A stretch of DNA of 64,000 nucleotides from an uncultured Actinomycetes bacterium. GTDB lineage: Bacteria; Actinomycetota; Thermoleophilia; Solirubrobacterales; Solirubrobacteraceae. The stretch covers positions 4,563-68,562 of the forward strand of contig CAWBEV010000002.1 of the NCBI GenBank assembly GCA_963787935.1. The letters are read 5' to 3'. The position numbers and the translations under genes are program-made. Below are positions 34,517 to 44,769 of this stretch, piece after piece; within the stretch, counting starts at the first letter, position 1, and each line of letters begins with the position of its first letter. The notes under the pieces are model-generated. The model was given only the letters and a program-made list of their open reading frames with translations, was not told where the DNA came from and made no database searches.

Positions 34517-35388
34517 GCGTCATCGTCGGCAGCGACACGCGCCTGTGCGTCTCGGGCATCACCGGCTCCGAGGGCACGTTCCACACGCTGAACAACAAGC
34601 GCTACGGGACGAACGTCGTCTCCGGCGTCACGCCCGGCAAGGGCGGCCAGGACGTCGACGGCATCCCGGTCTTCAACACGTTCGCCCAGGCGGTCGCGGA
34701 GACCGGCGCGAACACCGCGATGATCTTCGTGCCGCCGCCGTTCGCCGCCGACTCGATCCTCGAGGCCGCGGACGCCGGGATCGCGACGATCATCGCGATC
34801 ACCGAGGGCATCCCGGCCCACGACGAGCTGCGCGTCTACACCGAGCTGCTGCGCTGCGACGGCACGCGCCTCGTCGGCCCGAACTGCCCGGGCGTGCTCT
34901 CCCCCGGCAAGGCGAACGTCGGGATCATCCCGGCGTCGTTCTTCAAGGAGGGCAACGTCGGCGTCGTCTCGCGCTCGGGCACGCTGACCTACCAGATCGG
35001 CAACGAGCTGGCCCAGCGCGGCTTCGGGAACTCGTCGATCGTCGGCATCGGCGGGGATCCGGTCCCGGGCTCGAGCTTCATCGACGTGATCGCGCTGTTC
35101 GAGGCCGATCCCGAGACCGAGCTGATCGTCATGTCCGGCGAGATCGGCGGCGACGCGGAGGAGCTGGCCGCCGCCTACATCGGCGAGCACGTCACGAAGC
35201 CGGTCGTCGGCTACATCGCGGGCTTCACGGCGCCGCCCGGCAAGACGATGGGCCACGCGGGTGCGATCGTCTCCGGCTCGAAGGGCACCGCGGCCGCGAA
35301 GGCCGAGGCGCTCGAGGCCCAGGGCGTCCGCGTCGGCCGCACGCCCACGCAGGTCGCCGAGATCGCCGTCGAGATCCTCGGGGGCTAG
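34513..35388 (+). CDS. sucD: Succinyl-CoA ligase alpha subunit
   Basis: In-frame start [25 protein letters not shown] at 34513 within ORF 33898..35388. [24 protein letters not shown] (active-site His). Confidence 0.95.
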   Translation: MSVIVGSDTRLCVSGITGSEGTFHTLNNKRYGTNVVSGVTPGKGGQDVDGIPVFNTFAQAVAETGANTAMIFVPPPFAADSILEAADAGIATIIAITEGIPAHDELRVYTELLRCDGTRLVGPNCPGVLSPGKANVGIIPASFFKEGNVGVVSRSGTLTYQIGNELAQRGFGNSSIVGIGGDPVPGSSFIDVIALFEADPETELIVMSGEIGGDAEELAAAYIGEHVTKPVVGYIAGFTAPPGKTMGHAGAIVSGSKGTAAAKAEALEAQGVRVGRTPTQVAEIAVEILGG

Positions 35389-35500
35389 AAGCGCCCCGAG
35401 AGGTCCACGGCGACGACGAGGTTCGCCTCGATCGTCGCCTCACCGCCGCCGGTGAACGCGCGCCGCGATGGGACCACCGGCGGTAGTAGCGTCCGCCGCG

Positions 35501-36779
35501 ATGGCGCCCGACGAGCCACGCGACGTCCGCGACACGCTCAGCGAGCTCGAGCGCCGGCTGCTCGATCTCGAGCGCGAGCTGCGCACGGAGGCCGCCGACG
35601 ACGCCGCGGTCGCCGCCGGGGCGCCGCTGCCTCCGTCGGCCGGCGCGCCGCCCGATCCGCCGGGGGCGGTACCGCCGGGGCCGCAGGCCGCGGCGCCCGC
35701 GACGGGCCAGGACGCCGACGCTCTGGCCGCCGACGCACGCGCGAAGGTCGACGCGCTGCGCGAGTCGCTCGACGGCCTCGCCGGCGCCAGCGACCGGCTG
35801 CGCGAGACGGCGCAGACCGTCGTCGAGGACCATGGGCGCGCGCTCGTCCGTCTCGAGCGCGCCACGGCGGTGCCGCGCGAAACCGCTTCGGCGCCCGTGA
35901 CGCCGCCGCCGCCGGCCGCTGCGTCCACGGTCACTCCGCCGGCGGGCGCCGAGCCCGCGCCGGCGCCCGCCGCGCCTGCCACCGCAGCCGCGGCAGGGCA
36001 TGCGCCACGGGTTCTGGATCGCGCTGGCGCTCGCGGCGCTCGCGATCGGCGCCACCGTGCTCGGGGTCGTGCTGCTCGGCGGAGACGACGAGGCGGCACC
36101 GCCCCCGCCGCCGGCCGAGGTCTTCTCCGATCGCCTGCTGATCGCTCCGGGCGCCCCCGATGTCGGCCTCGACGCGCAGACCACCACGACGCCCGAGGCG
36201 CTGGCCGCCGTCTGCGCCGGCCGTGCGGCGGCGGCATTCGTCGTGCTGCCCGAGGGCGAGCCGGTCACCACGGGCTGCGACGAGGCGACCGTGCTCGTCA
36301 GCGGGGTTCTGCGCGCACGCGGCGTCGCGATCAGCATCCCGCGCGGCGGCGGGGGGCGCAGCTGCGTGAGCGCCGCCGGCGCCGACCGGCTCGCGGGCAG
36401 CCGCGCGGACGTCGCGCTGACGCGCGAGCGCGCACGCACGACCCGTGCGGCCGCCGCGGACGCCGAGGCCGGTGCGCGCACCGACGGGCTCGTTCCCGGC
36501 GCCGTCGTGGGCGTCGGGCGCACGGCCGCCGTCCGCGCCGGCCGGCGCTTCGACCGGAGCAACGGGTTGCGCGTGCTGGCCATCGCCGAGCGCACCGGGG
36601 GGCGCTGCGTCGCACCGCCCGGGCGGCCGCCGCGGGGTGCCGGGTATCCGCTCGCGCGCGGTGCGGCGCTCGTGGCCTCCGCCGACGGCGCCGCCGTGCC
36701 CGCGGTCGCGCGCGCTGAGGTCGCGGTGCGCGCCGCGCTCGAGACCCCGCCGCCGCTGCGGGTCACCGTGTTGCGCTGA
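35501..36779 (+). pseudogene. Hypothetical membrane protein: coiled-coil N-terminus, Pro/Ala linker, TM helix, extracytoplasmic domain; frame break near 35995, or two adjacent genes
   Basis: MAPDEPRDVRDTLSELERRLLDLERELR...PPPPAAAS in ORF 35468. FWIALALAALAIGATVLGVVLL plus the downstream domain (YPLARGAALVA) in ORF 36000..36779. The ORF 35468 frame turns Arg-rich junk after about 36000. Confidence 0.45.
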
Positions 36780-36794
36780 GCTAGATTGAGGGAG

Positions 36795-37903
36795 ATGCCC
36801 GACATGATCTCCTTCGCTCGCGGAGCCCCGTCGCTCGACATCGTCGACGTGGAGGGCCTGCAAGGAGGCCGCGGCCGCGCGCATTCACCGAGGACCCGGG
36901 TGGGACCACCGCCTACGGGACCGCGGTCGGCTACGTCCCGCTGCGCCGCTGGATCGCCGAGCAGCACGGCGTGGACGAGGCGCGCGTGCTCGTGACGAAC
37001 GGCTCGATGCAGGCCGACGCGTTCCTGTTCGACGCACTCGTCGAGCCCGGCGACGCGGTCGTCGTCGAGAAGCCGACGTACGACCGCACGCTCCTGGGCC
37101 TGCAGGCAGCGCGGGGCCGAGATCCACATGGTCGAGCTCGAGCCCGACGGCATCTCGATCGATGGCCTGCGCGCGCTGCTGGAGCGTGGCGTGCGGCCGA
37201 AGTTCGCCCACATCATCCCGAACTTCCAGAACCCCGCCGGCTACACGCTGAGCCGCGAGAAGCGCACCGCGCTGCTCGCGCTCGCCGCCGAGTACGGCTT
37301 CACGATCTTCGAGGACGACCCGTACATCGAGATCCGCTTCACCGGGACGCCGCTGCCGACGATGCTCTCGCTCGACGGCCCCGAGGATCTGAACGTCGTC
37401 TATGCCTCGTCGTTCTCGCAAGACCGTCTGCCCCGGGATCCGGGTCGGCTACCTCGTCGGTCCCGAGGAGCTCATCGCGCGGATCGTGAAGGCCGCGACG
37501 AACACGTACATCTCGCCGAACATGGTCGCCGCAGTCGATCGTCTACCGCTTCTGCGCCAGCGGGCGGATCAACTCCGCCGTCAAGACCGTCAGCACCGCG
37601 CTCGCCGAGCGCGTCGAGGCGCTCACCGCGGCGCTCGGCGAGCACCTGCCCGAGGCGACGTTCCAGGCGCCCGAGGGCGGCTACTTCATGTGGGTCGAAC
37701 TCCCGGAGGGCACCGACGTCCACGTGCTGCTCGACGAGGCCGCCGAGCACGGCGTGACGTTCGTCAAGGGCACGGACTTCCTGCTCGAAGGCGGCGAGAA
37801 CACGCTGCGCCTGGCGTACTCCGGCGTCACCCCCGACGAGATCGACGAGGGCATCAGGCGGCTCGCCGCCGCACTACCGCGCGCCAGTCGTCAGCGCCCG
37901 TAG
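36795..37903 (+). pseudogene. PLP-dependent aminotransferase (class I/II, LysN/2-aminoadipate-type), about 5 successive +1 frame breaks
   Basis: MPDMISFARGAPSLDIVDVEGL / AFTEDPGGTTAYGTAVGYVPLRRWIAEQHGVDEARVLVTNGSMQA / KFAHIIPNFQNPAGYTLS...IFEDDPY / SFSKTVCPGIRVGYLVGP (PLP Lys region) / PEGGYFMWVELPEG...TLRLAYS. Good RBS gagggag before ATG 36795. Confidence 0.82.
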
Positions 37904-38610
37904 CGCTCCGTCGCGAGCACGAGCGACTCCGGGCAGCGCAACGCGCGCCGGCGGCGAGGGATCCGCCGTGACCGACACGGTCTCCGCGACGCTCGCGCGT
38001 CAGCAGGACGCGCCGGCCGCCGGACTCGACGATGACCTCGTCCGCCGTGCGCTCGGCGAGCGTTCCCTCGACATCCCCGGCTCGATCCCCGAGTCCTTGA
38101 GGTAGTGCAGGAGGTCCTCGGCCTCGTTCTCGAAGCGCAGGATCGTGACCTCCGCACCCGGCTCGACGTCCGCCAGCGGCACGCCGGAGTGACGCTCGCC
38201 GACGTTGATCGGATGGCCGTGCGGGCAGGTCGTGGCGTCGCCGATCGCGGCGAGCATCCGGGCCTCGAGCACCGGGCTCATCGCGTGCTCGAGCCGCTCG
38301 GCCTCCTCGTGCACCTCGTCCCACGGGATGCCCGAGCACGTCCGTGAGAAAGCGCTCGATCAGCCGGTGACGGCGCACGATCTCCTGGGCGTGCTGCGCG
38401 GCCGCTGTCGGTGAACGAGATCATCTTGTCCGGGGACCGCGTGATGTACCCGTCGCGCTCGAGCCGGCCGATCATCTCGTGCACCGTCGGCGGCGAGAGC
38501 TGCATCGCCCGCGCGACGTTCGCGCCCGTCATCGGCAGCCCGGCCTCGTAGAGCCAGAAGATGGTCTGGAGGTACTCCTCCTCGGCGACGGTCACGTGGT
38601 CTTCGGACAT
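37874..38610 (-). pseudogene. DtxR/IdeR/MntR-family metal-dependent transcriptional regulator with C-terminal FeoA/SH3-like domain, frame broken
   Basis: MSEDHVTVAEEEYLQTIFWLYEAGLPMTGANVARAMQLSPPTVHEMIGRLERDGYITRSPDK (ORF 38278..38697), RRHRLIERFLTDVLG (ORF 37854..38378), HEEAERLEHAMSPVLEARM...CPHGHPI (ORF 38000..38314). 3' end approximate. Confidence 0.82.
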
Positions 38611-38669
38611 GCCGCCGATCGTACCGGCCGGGCGCGGGATCCCCACGGACGCGCAGTAGGCTGCCCGCC

Positions 38670-39470
38670 GTGCAGATCGAACCCGGCACGCGCGCATTCA
38701 TCACCGGCGCCTCGCGCGGCATCGGCGCGGCACTCGCCGAGGCGCTCGCGGCCCGCGGCGCCGTGGTCGGCCTCGCGGCGCGCTCGACCGTGGAGCTCGA
38801 GGAGCTCGCGGCGCGGCTCCCGGGCGAGCACGTGGTGCTGGCCTGCGACGTCACCGACGGCACGCTCGGTCGAGACCGCGCTCGCGACGTTCGCCGAGCG
38901 CGCGGGCGGCCTCGACCTGCTCGTCGCGAACGCGGGGATCACGCACTACGGTCCGTACCGCGACCAGCCGCTCGAGCAGCAGCTGCAGATGAGCGAGGTG
39001 AACTGGCACGGCACGCTGCGTACGGTCCACTACGGCCTGCCGTACCTCCTCGACCGCGCACACGGACACGTCGTCGTCGTCTCCTCCGGCGCCGCCCTGC
39101 GCTCGTTCCCCTGGGCCGCGGTCTACGGCGGCACGAAGGCCGCCCAGCGGCTGTTCGCCGAGGCCCTGCGCCATGAGCTCAGCGGCACGGGCGTCTCGCT
39201 GACGATCGTCTATCCCGGCGAGATCAGGACCTCGCTGCACGCCCACGAGCAGGACCGGATGCCCGACTGGTATCGCGGAGGCCCGCACGCCGCGCCGGCC
39301 TCGGAGCTCGTCGCGAAGATCCTCGAGGGCGTCGAGCAGGACCGGCGCTCGGTCTACCACCCACCGATCGTCCGGCTGCTGCAGACCGTGCACAACCTGA
39401 GCCCGAAGGCGGGCGACGCACTGCTGCGCACGCTGCGCGGCGGCGACCGCGGCCCCGCGGCGCGACTGAC
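38670..39470 (+). pseudogene. SDR-family oxidoreductase, frame break near 38860; 3' end approximate
   Basis: MQIEPGTRAFITGASRGIGAALAEALAARGAVVGLAARS (TGxxxGxG) in ORF 38670. LLVANAGITHYGP...VVVSSGAALRSFPWAAVYGGTKAAQRLF (YxxxK) in the ORF 38479 frame. Confidence 0.82.
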
Positions 39471-39474
39471 CGGG

Positions 39475-40431
39475 CTACACCGGCGCCGCGGGCTCGGGCA
39501 CGTACCGGCGCGGGGTCTCCTGCAGCCGGCGCGCGGCCTTCGCAAGGCCCGTCTCGACGAGCCCGACCATCTCGCGCGCCGCGGGCGACAGCGGCGCGCC
39601 GCGGCGCTGGACGAACGCGAGCGTCATGTCGAGCGGCGGGGCGAAGGGAACCCAGCCGAGCCGCCTGGGGATCCGCCGACCGCGGCCGACGAGCATCCCG
39701 CGCCAGACGACCGTGTCCCCCGCGCCGGCGGCCGCGAGCTCGAGCGTCGTGGTGATCTCCTCGACGTCCACCACCGGCTCGAGGCTCACGCCGGCGCGCT
39801 GGGCGAGCTCGCTCAGGCGCCGACGCGTGGGGTCGGCCAGGCCGAAGCTCGCGTCGGGGAGGATCAGCGGCATCTCGGCCAGGCGCTCGATCGTCATCGG
39901 GCGCCGCAGGTGATCCGGATCGGCGCTGACGAACAGCAGCTCGTCCTCGGCCACCGGCCGGACGTCGAGCTGATCGTCGTCCACGGGGAGCGCCACGATC
40001 GCGCCCTCGATGCGCCCGGCGCGCACGTCGTCGGCCGCCTCGACGGAGTTCAGCCCGAAGATCCGCACCCGCACGTGGGGGTTGCGCCGGCGGAACTCGG
40101 AGATCAGATCCGCTCCGAGGTACTCGCCGGCGGTCGCGAACGTCCCGAACGTCGCGATCCCGCCGCGCAGCTCCCGGACGGCGACGACCGACTCGCGCGC
40201 CTCGCGAACGTCCTCGAGCACGCGCTCGGCGTGTGGGCGCAGCGCCTTGCCTGCGTCGGTGAGCACGAGCCCGCGCCCGACGCGCCGGAACAGCTCGACG
40301 CCGAGCTCGTCCTCCAGACGCCGGACCTGCTCGCTCACCGACGGCTGCGAGAGGTGCAGCGCTACGGCGGCGGCGCTGAACGAGCCGTGCTCGACGGCGG
40401 CGAGGAAGTACTCGAGCTGGGGGAGATTCAT
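39475..40431 (-). CDS. LysR-family transcriptional regulator
   Basis: Intact 318 aa. MNLPQLEYFLAAVEHGSFSAAAVALHLSQPSVSEQVRRLEDELGVELFRR (LysR HTH) plus substrate-binding domain. Confidence 0.92.
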   Translation of the reverse strand: MNLPQLEYFLAAVEHGSFSAAAVALHLSQPSVSEQVRRLEDELGVELFRRVGRGLVLTDAGKALRPHAERVLEDVREARESVVAVRELRGGIATFGTFATAGEYLGADLISEFRRRNPHVRVRIFGLNSVEAADDVRAGRIEGAIVALPVDDDQLDVRPVAEDELLFVSADPDHLRRPMTIERLAEMPLILPDASFGLADPTRRRLSELAQRAGVSLEPVVDVEEITTTLELAAAGAGDTVVWRGMLVGRGRRIPRRLGWVPFAPPLDMTLAFVQRRGAPLSPAAREMVGLVETGLAKAARRLQETPRRYVPEPAAPV

Positions 40432-40541
40432 CTCAAGGCTCTGCCTATTGATTGTAGAGGTAACATCGTCTACCGCCGACAGCTTGAGGCACCGATACTT
40501 CAGACACAGCCATCCACCACCTCCAGCATCGGAAGCCCGCC

Positions 40542-40655
40542 ATGATCCTCCTCATCATCTCGATCGTCGTCCTCATCGCCGCGTTCGCGATCCCCGCCGC
40601 CGCCTCCGTCCGGTTCGGCGTCGACTCGCGTCGCGATCCGCACCTCAACTGGTAG
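40542..40655 (+). CDS. Candidate 37-aa hydrophobic small protein
   Basis: ATG 40542 preceded by ggaag. MILLIISIVVLIAAFAIPAAASVRFGVDSRRDPHLNW, TAG at 40653-40655. Below the ORF-track size cut-off; lies 90 nt upstream of the ligase gene. Confidence 0.35.
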   Translation: MILLIISIVVLIAAFAIPAAASVRFGVDSRRDPHLNW

Positions 40656-40745
40656 CCCACGGGCTTTCCCAGCACGGCCGCGCGCCGCGGCCGGCGGCGA
40701 CCCCGGCACCCCGCCTCTGCTCCAGGCGAGCGGCGCCCGGATAGG

Positions 40746-41696
40746 GTGCAGGCGATGAGCCTGCCGCTCAGCCCGCCGGTCGCTCCGCAGCTCGCACGCT
40801 CGCGGACCAGCCTGCCTGAGGACGACGGCTGGGCGTTCGAGCCGAAGTGGGACGGCTTCCGTGCGCTGGCGTTCGTGGACGGGGACGCCGTGCACCTGCA
40901 GTCGCGCAACGGCCGGCCGCTCGAGCGCTACTTCCCGGAGGTCCGCCTCCCCGCCGGGCGCTACGTCCTCGACGGCGAGCTGATCGTCCGCGGGCCGGAC
41001 GGGCACGAGGACTTCGACCTGCTGGGCCAGCGCATCCATCCGGCGGCCTCGCGGGTCGCGATGCTGGCCGACGCGACACCCGCGGTCTACGTCGCGTTCG
41101 ACCTCCTCGCCCACGACGACGAGGTGCTGCTCGCGCTGCCCTACGGCGAGCGCCGCGCGGCGCTCGAGGCCTTCGTGAGCACGCCGGTCGAGCTCACGCC
41201 GATGGTGCGGACCGCGGACGCGGCGCGCGCCTGGCTGCACAGCGCCGAGGGCGTCATCGCGAAGCGCTGGAACGCACCGTACGCCCCCGGGGAGCGGACG
41301 AGCATGGTGAAGATCAAGCGCGTGCGCACGATCGACGCCGTCGTCATGGGCTGGCGCCCCGGGAAGGCCGAGGGGACCGTCGGCGCGCTGATCCTCGGCC
41401 TCTACGACGACGGCGCGCTGCGCGAGGTCGGTCACTCGTCGGGCTTCACGGCGAAGCAGAAGCGCGAGCTCGTCGAGCGGCTGCGGCCCTACGAGACCGG
41501 CGCGCGCGGCTCGGCCGAGCCGTCGCGCTGGACGGCGGGCCGCGACCTCGAGTGGGTCGCGCTGCGGCCGGAGCTCGTCGTCGAGGTCACCTTCGACCAC
41601 GTCTCGAACGGGCGGATCCGCCACGGGGCGAAGGTCGCGCGCTGGCGCGCGGACAAGGATCCGAGCGCCTGCACCGTGGACCAGCTGGACACCTGA
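40746..41696 (+). CDS. ligC: ATP-dependent DNA ligase (LigC-type, catalytic core only)
   Basis: Intact 316 aa. Adenylation motif I EPKWDGFR, GVIAKR, MVKIKRVRTIDAVVMG, OB-domain RHGAKVARWRADKDP. Confidence 0.9.
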   Translation: MQAMSLPLSPPVAPQLARSRTSLPEDDGWAFEPKWDGFRALAFVDGDAVHLQSRNGRPLERYFPEVRLPAGRYVLDGELIVRGPDGHEDFDLLGQRIHPAASRVAMLADATPAVYVAFDLLAHDDEVLLALPYGERRAALEAFVSTPVELTPMVRTADAARAWLHSAEGVIAKRWNAPYAPGERTSMVKIKRVRTIDAVVMGWRPGKAEGTVGALILGLYDDGALREVGHSSGFTAKQKRELVERLRPYETGARGSAEPSRWTAGRDLEWVALRPELVVEVTFDHVSNGRIRHGAKVARWRADKDPSACTVDQLDT

Positions 41697-41716
41697 GCCG
41701 GATAGGGTCCGGGCTG

Positions 41717-42766
41717 ATGGCCAAGGATCTGAAGCTCGGGCTGAACACCGGGTACTGGGCCGGCGGACCCCCGCCCGGCGCCGTCGAGGCGATCGCCGCC
41801 GCCGACGAGCTCGGGTTCGACTCGATCTGGACCGCCGAGGCCTACGGCTCCGACGCACTGACGCCGCTGGCATGGTGGGGCGCCGCGACGCAGAACGTGC
41901 GGCTCGGCACGGCGATCATGCAGATGAGCGCGCGCCGGCCGACCGCGACCGCGATGGCGGCGATGACGATGGACCACCTCAGCGGCGGGCGCTTCATCGT
42001 CGGGCTCGGCGTCTCCGGCCCGCAGGTCGTCGAGGGCTGGTACGGCGAGCCGTTCGCCAAGCCGCTGGCGCGCACGCGCGAGTACGTCCGGATCCTGCGC
42101 GACTGCTTCGCCCGGCGGGCGCCGGTCACGAGCGACGGGCCGTTCTACCGGCTCCCGCTCACCGAGGGCGAGGGGGTCGTCGGACTCGGCAAGGCGCTCA
42201 AGCCGATGCTCCACCCGGTCCGCACGGACATCCCGATCCACCTCGCGGCGGAGGGGCCGAAGAACATCGCGCTGACCGCCGAGATCGCCGACGGCTGGAT
42301 GGCGCTGTTCTACTCCCCTGAGCACGAGGACCTCTACCGACCCAGGCTCGAGGAGGGCTTCGCGCGGGAGGGCGCGCGACGCTCATGGGAGGACTTCGAG
42401 ATCACCGCGACCGTGCCGGTGATCGTCCACGACGACCTCGAGCAGGCCGCCGACATGATCCGGCCGATGTACGCCCTGTACTTCGGCGGCATGGGCGCGC
42501 GCGGCGCGAACTTCCACCACGACGTCCCGGTCCGCATGGGCTACGAGGCCGAGATGAAGGTCGTGCAGGACCTCTACCTCGAAGGGAAGAAGGACGCGGC
42601 GGCGGCCGCGATCCCGACGGCGCTCGTCGAGCAGCTCGCGCTGATCGGCCCCGAGGACAAGATCCGCCACGACCTCGAGAAGTGGCGCGACTCGGTCGTC
42701 ACGACGATGCTCATCGGAGGCGACGCGGCCACCGTGCGGCGCGTCGCCGAGATCGTCCTGGGCTGA
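41717..42766 (+). CDS. LLM-class (luciferase-like) F420-dependent oxidoreductase
   Basis: In-frame ATG at 41717 of ORF 40847..42766. LGLNTGYW...LGFDSIWTAEAYGSDALTPLAW...RLGTAIMQMSARRP...GGRFIVGLGVSGPQVVEGWYG. Confidence 0.88.
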   Translation: MAKDLKLGLNTGYWAGGPPPGAVEAIAAADELGFDSIWTAEAYGSDALTPLAWWGAATQNVRLGTAIMQMSARRPTATAMAAMTMDHLSGGRFIVGLGVSGPQVVEGWYGEPFAKPLARTREYVRILRDCFARRAPVTSDGPFYRLPLTEGEGVVGLGKALKPMLHPVRTDIPIHLAAEGPKNIALTAEIADGWMALFYSPEHEDLYRPRLEEGFAREGARRSWEDFEITATVPVIVHDDLEQAADMIRPMYALYFGGMGARGANFHHDVPVRMGYEAEMKVVQDLYLEGKKDAAAAAIPTALVEQLALIGPEDKIRHDLEKWRDSVVTTMLIGGDAATVRRVAEIVLG

Positions 42767-42786
42767 CGGGCCCGGGCGCGCCGCCG

Positions 42787-43209
42787 TCAGCGGCGCTCGA
42801 GCACGACGATCGGGATCTCGCGGTCGGTCTTCGCCTGGTAGTCGTCGTACGCGGGCCAGACCTCGGTCATCGCGGCCCACAGCCGCGCACGCTCGTCGCC
42901 CTCGGCGACCGACGCGCGCACCGGGATCTCCTCGGCGAGCACCTCGATCGTCGCGTTCGGGTCGGCCTCGAGGTTCCGGAACCAGCCCGGGTGCTCGGGC
43001 GCGCCGCCCTTCGAGGCGACGATCACCCAGCGGTCGCCGTCGGTGCGGTGGATCAGCGGCGTGGTGCGGGGCTCGCCGGAGGTGCGCCCGGTCGTCGTCA
43101 ACAGCAGGATCGTCGTTCCGCGCCAGTGGTAGCCGCGCTCGCCGGCGGTCTCGCGATAGACGCGGACGTGCTCGGGGCCGAAGAGGTTGTCGTCGTCGGG
43201 CGAGGTCAT
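42787..43209 (-). CDS. Deazaflavin (F420H2)-dependent nitroreductase family protein (Ddn-like)
   Basis: Intact 140 aa. ILLLTTTGRTSGEPRTTPLIH...VIVASKGGAPEHPGWFRNLEADPNATIEV. Confidence 0.85.
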   Translation of the reverse strand: MTSPDDDNLFGPEHVRVYRETAGERGYHWRGTTILLLTTTGRTSGEPRTTPLIHRTDGDRWVIVASKGGAPEHPGWFRNLEADPNATIEVLAEEIPVRASVAEGDERARLWAAMTEVWPAYDDYQAKTDREIPIVVLERR

Positions 43210-43304
43210 GGCACGAGCCTACCCGCCCGAGCGCGACACGAATCGCGTTCGCGTCGCCGCCCGGCGCCCCTCCTTCACGGCCCGGTCCCGAGACCCCTCG
43301 AAGC

Positions 43305-43475
43305 TCAGGCGGCGTCCGACTGCGCCTCGGCGAGCCGCGCGTGGAGCTTCGCGCGCAGCTCGTCGGGGTCGTAGTCGCGCATCGCGCGCCGCCGGCGCGC
43401 GATCACGACCCCGCCGGCCGCGACCCCGAACAGCCCTGCGAGCCCGAGGATCTTCCAGAGCGCCGGCACCGTCAC
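43305..43475 (-). CDS. Candidate 56-aa single-TM small protein
   Basis: Hand translation from GTG 43475: VTVPALWKILGLAGLFGVAAGGVVIARRRRAMRDYDPDELRAKLHARLAEAQSDAA, stop at 43305-43307. TM plus positive-inside pattern, but no homology recognised. Confidence 0.25.
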   Translation of the reverse strand: MTVPALWKILGLAGLFGVAAGGVVIARRRRAMRDYDPDELRAKLHARLAEAQSDAA

Positions 43476-43489
43476 GTAGGTTACGGCCC

Positions 43490-44213
43490 GTGACCGACGC
43501 CCCGCTGGCCTTCGACGAGGCGATCGCGACAGCCGCGACCGGCGACATCTGGCTGTTCCGCGGCACGAAGGTCGCCGACCTCGCGATCCGCACCGTCACG
43601 AACGCGCCGGTGAACCACGTCGGCATGGTCGTCGCGCTCGACGACCTGCCGCCGCTCCTCTGGCACGCCGAGCTCGGGCGGTCGCTGCCCGACGTGTGGA
43701 CCGGCGAGCACCAGCGCGGCGTGCAGCTGCACCGGCTCGCCGACGCGGTGCGCACGTGGGAGGAGCGCTACGGCCAGCGCGCGTGGACGCGGCAGCTCGA
43801 GGGCACGATCGACCGCCGTCACGAGGACGCGCTGATGCAGGTCATCGCAAACTACGACGGGCGGCCGTTCCCGCGCACCGCGGGGCTCGCGCGCACGTGG
43901 CTCGACGAGCCGCTTCCGCCACCGCGACTCCTCGATGGAGACGCTCTACTGCGCCGAGCTCGTCGCGATCACCTACCAGGCGATGGGACTGCTTCCCGGG
44001 CGCCGGCCCGCCGGCTGGTACGACCCGGGGCGCTTCTGGAGCGGGGACCGCATCGAGATGGTCCCGCCGTTCGCGCTCGCGGGCGAGGTCGCCGTCGCCT
44101 CGGCCGCCGCGCCCGCCGCCCCGGCGCCCGCTCAGCCGCCGTCCGGGCCCAGCGCCGGCAGGCCGTCGAGGCTCAGGGCCTCGCGCGCCCGCGTCCGGCG
44201 ATGGCTCGCGTAG
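43490..44213 (+). pseudogene. Permuted papain-like amidase (YiiX/YaeF C92-like), frame break near 43920; 3' end uncertain
   Basis: VTDAPLAFDEAIATAATGDIWLFRG...NHVGMVVALDD (His before Cys) in the ORF 43187 frame. ETLYCAELVAITYQAMGLL (nucleophile Cys) in ORF 43935..44213. Confidence 0.5.
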
Positions 44214-44722
44214 CCGTCCTCGCCGAGCGTCCGCAGCTGCTTCGCGGTCGAGAGCGCGTGGTGCTCGCGCAGCGCCTCGAAGCGCATCTGCGGAACGCCG
44301 TAGCCGCATGAGTCACTCACCCGCGTGACGTCCACGACGATGATCGCGCGGCGGGCCTCGGGCAGCGAGGCGTCCTCGAACGCCGCCTCCTCGAGCAGCG
44401 CATCGAAGCGCTCGTCGCCGGCCGGGACGACCGCGCCGGTGCCGTGGAGGCGGACGATCCGCGGCGGTCCCTCGAAGGCGCAGAGCATCACGCAGATCCG
44501 CCCGTTCTCGCGCAGGTGCGCGATCGTCTCCGTGCCGCTGCCGGTCACGTCGAGGTAGGCGACCCGGTCCGGGCCGAGCACCCGCAACGATCCGATCGGG
44601 CCCTTGGGCGAGAGGTTGACGTGGCCGTCGGCGGCGAGCGGGGCGGTCGCGACGAAGTACATCGACTGACGCCCGAGCCACTCGCGCAGGTGCTCGGTGA
44701 TCTCGTCGTAGGTGCGTGCCAT
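44132..44722 (-). CDS. Pyridoxamine 5'-phosphate oxidase family (split beta-barrel flavin/F420-binding) protein
   Basis: Intact 196 aa. SMYFVATAPLAADGHVNLSPKGP...VAYLDVTGSGTETIAHLRENGRICVMLCAFEGPPRIVRLHG. Confidence 0.85.
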   Translation of the reverse strand: MARTYDEITEHLREWLGRQSMYFVATAPLAADGHVNLSPKGPIGSLRVLGPDRVAYLDVTGSGTETIAHLRENGRICVMLCAFEGPPRIVRLHGTGAVVPAGDERFDALLEEAAFEDASLPEARRAIIVVDVTRVSDSCGYGVPQMRFEALREHHALSTAKQLRTLGEDGYASHRRTRAREALSLDGLPALGPDGG

Positions 44723-44769
44723 GGCCCGGCGAAGGCTACGGACCGCGGTGACGATCGGCGGGAGGCCCG

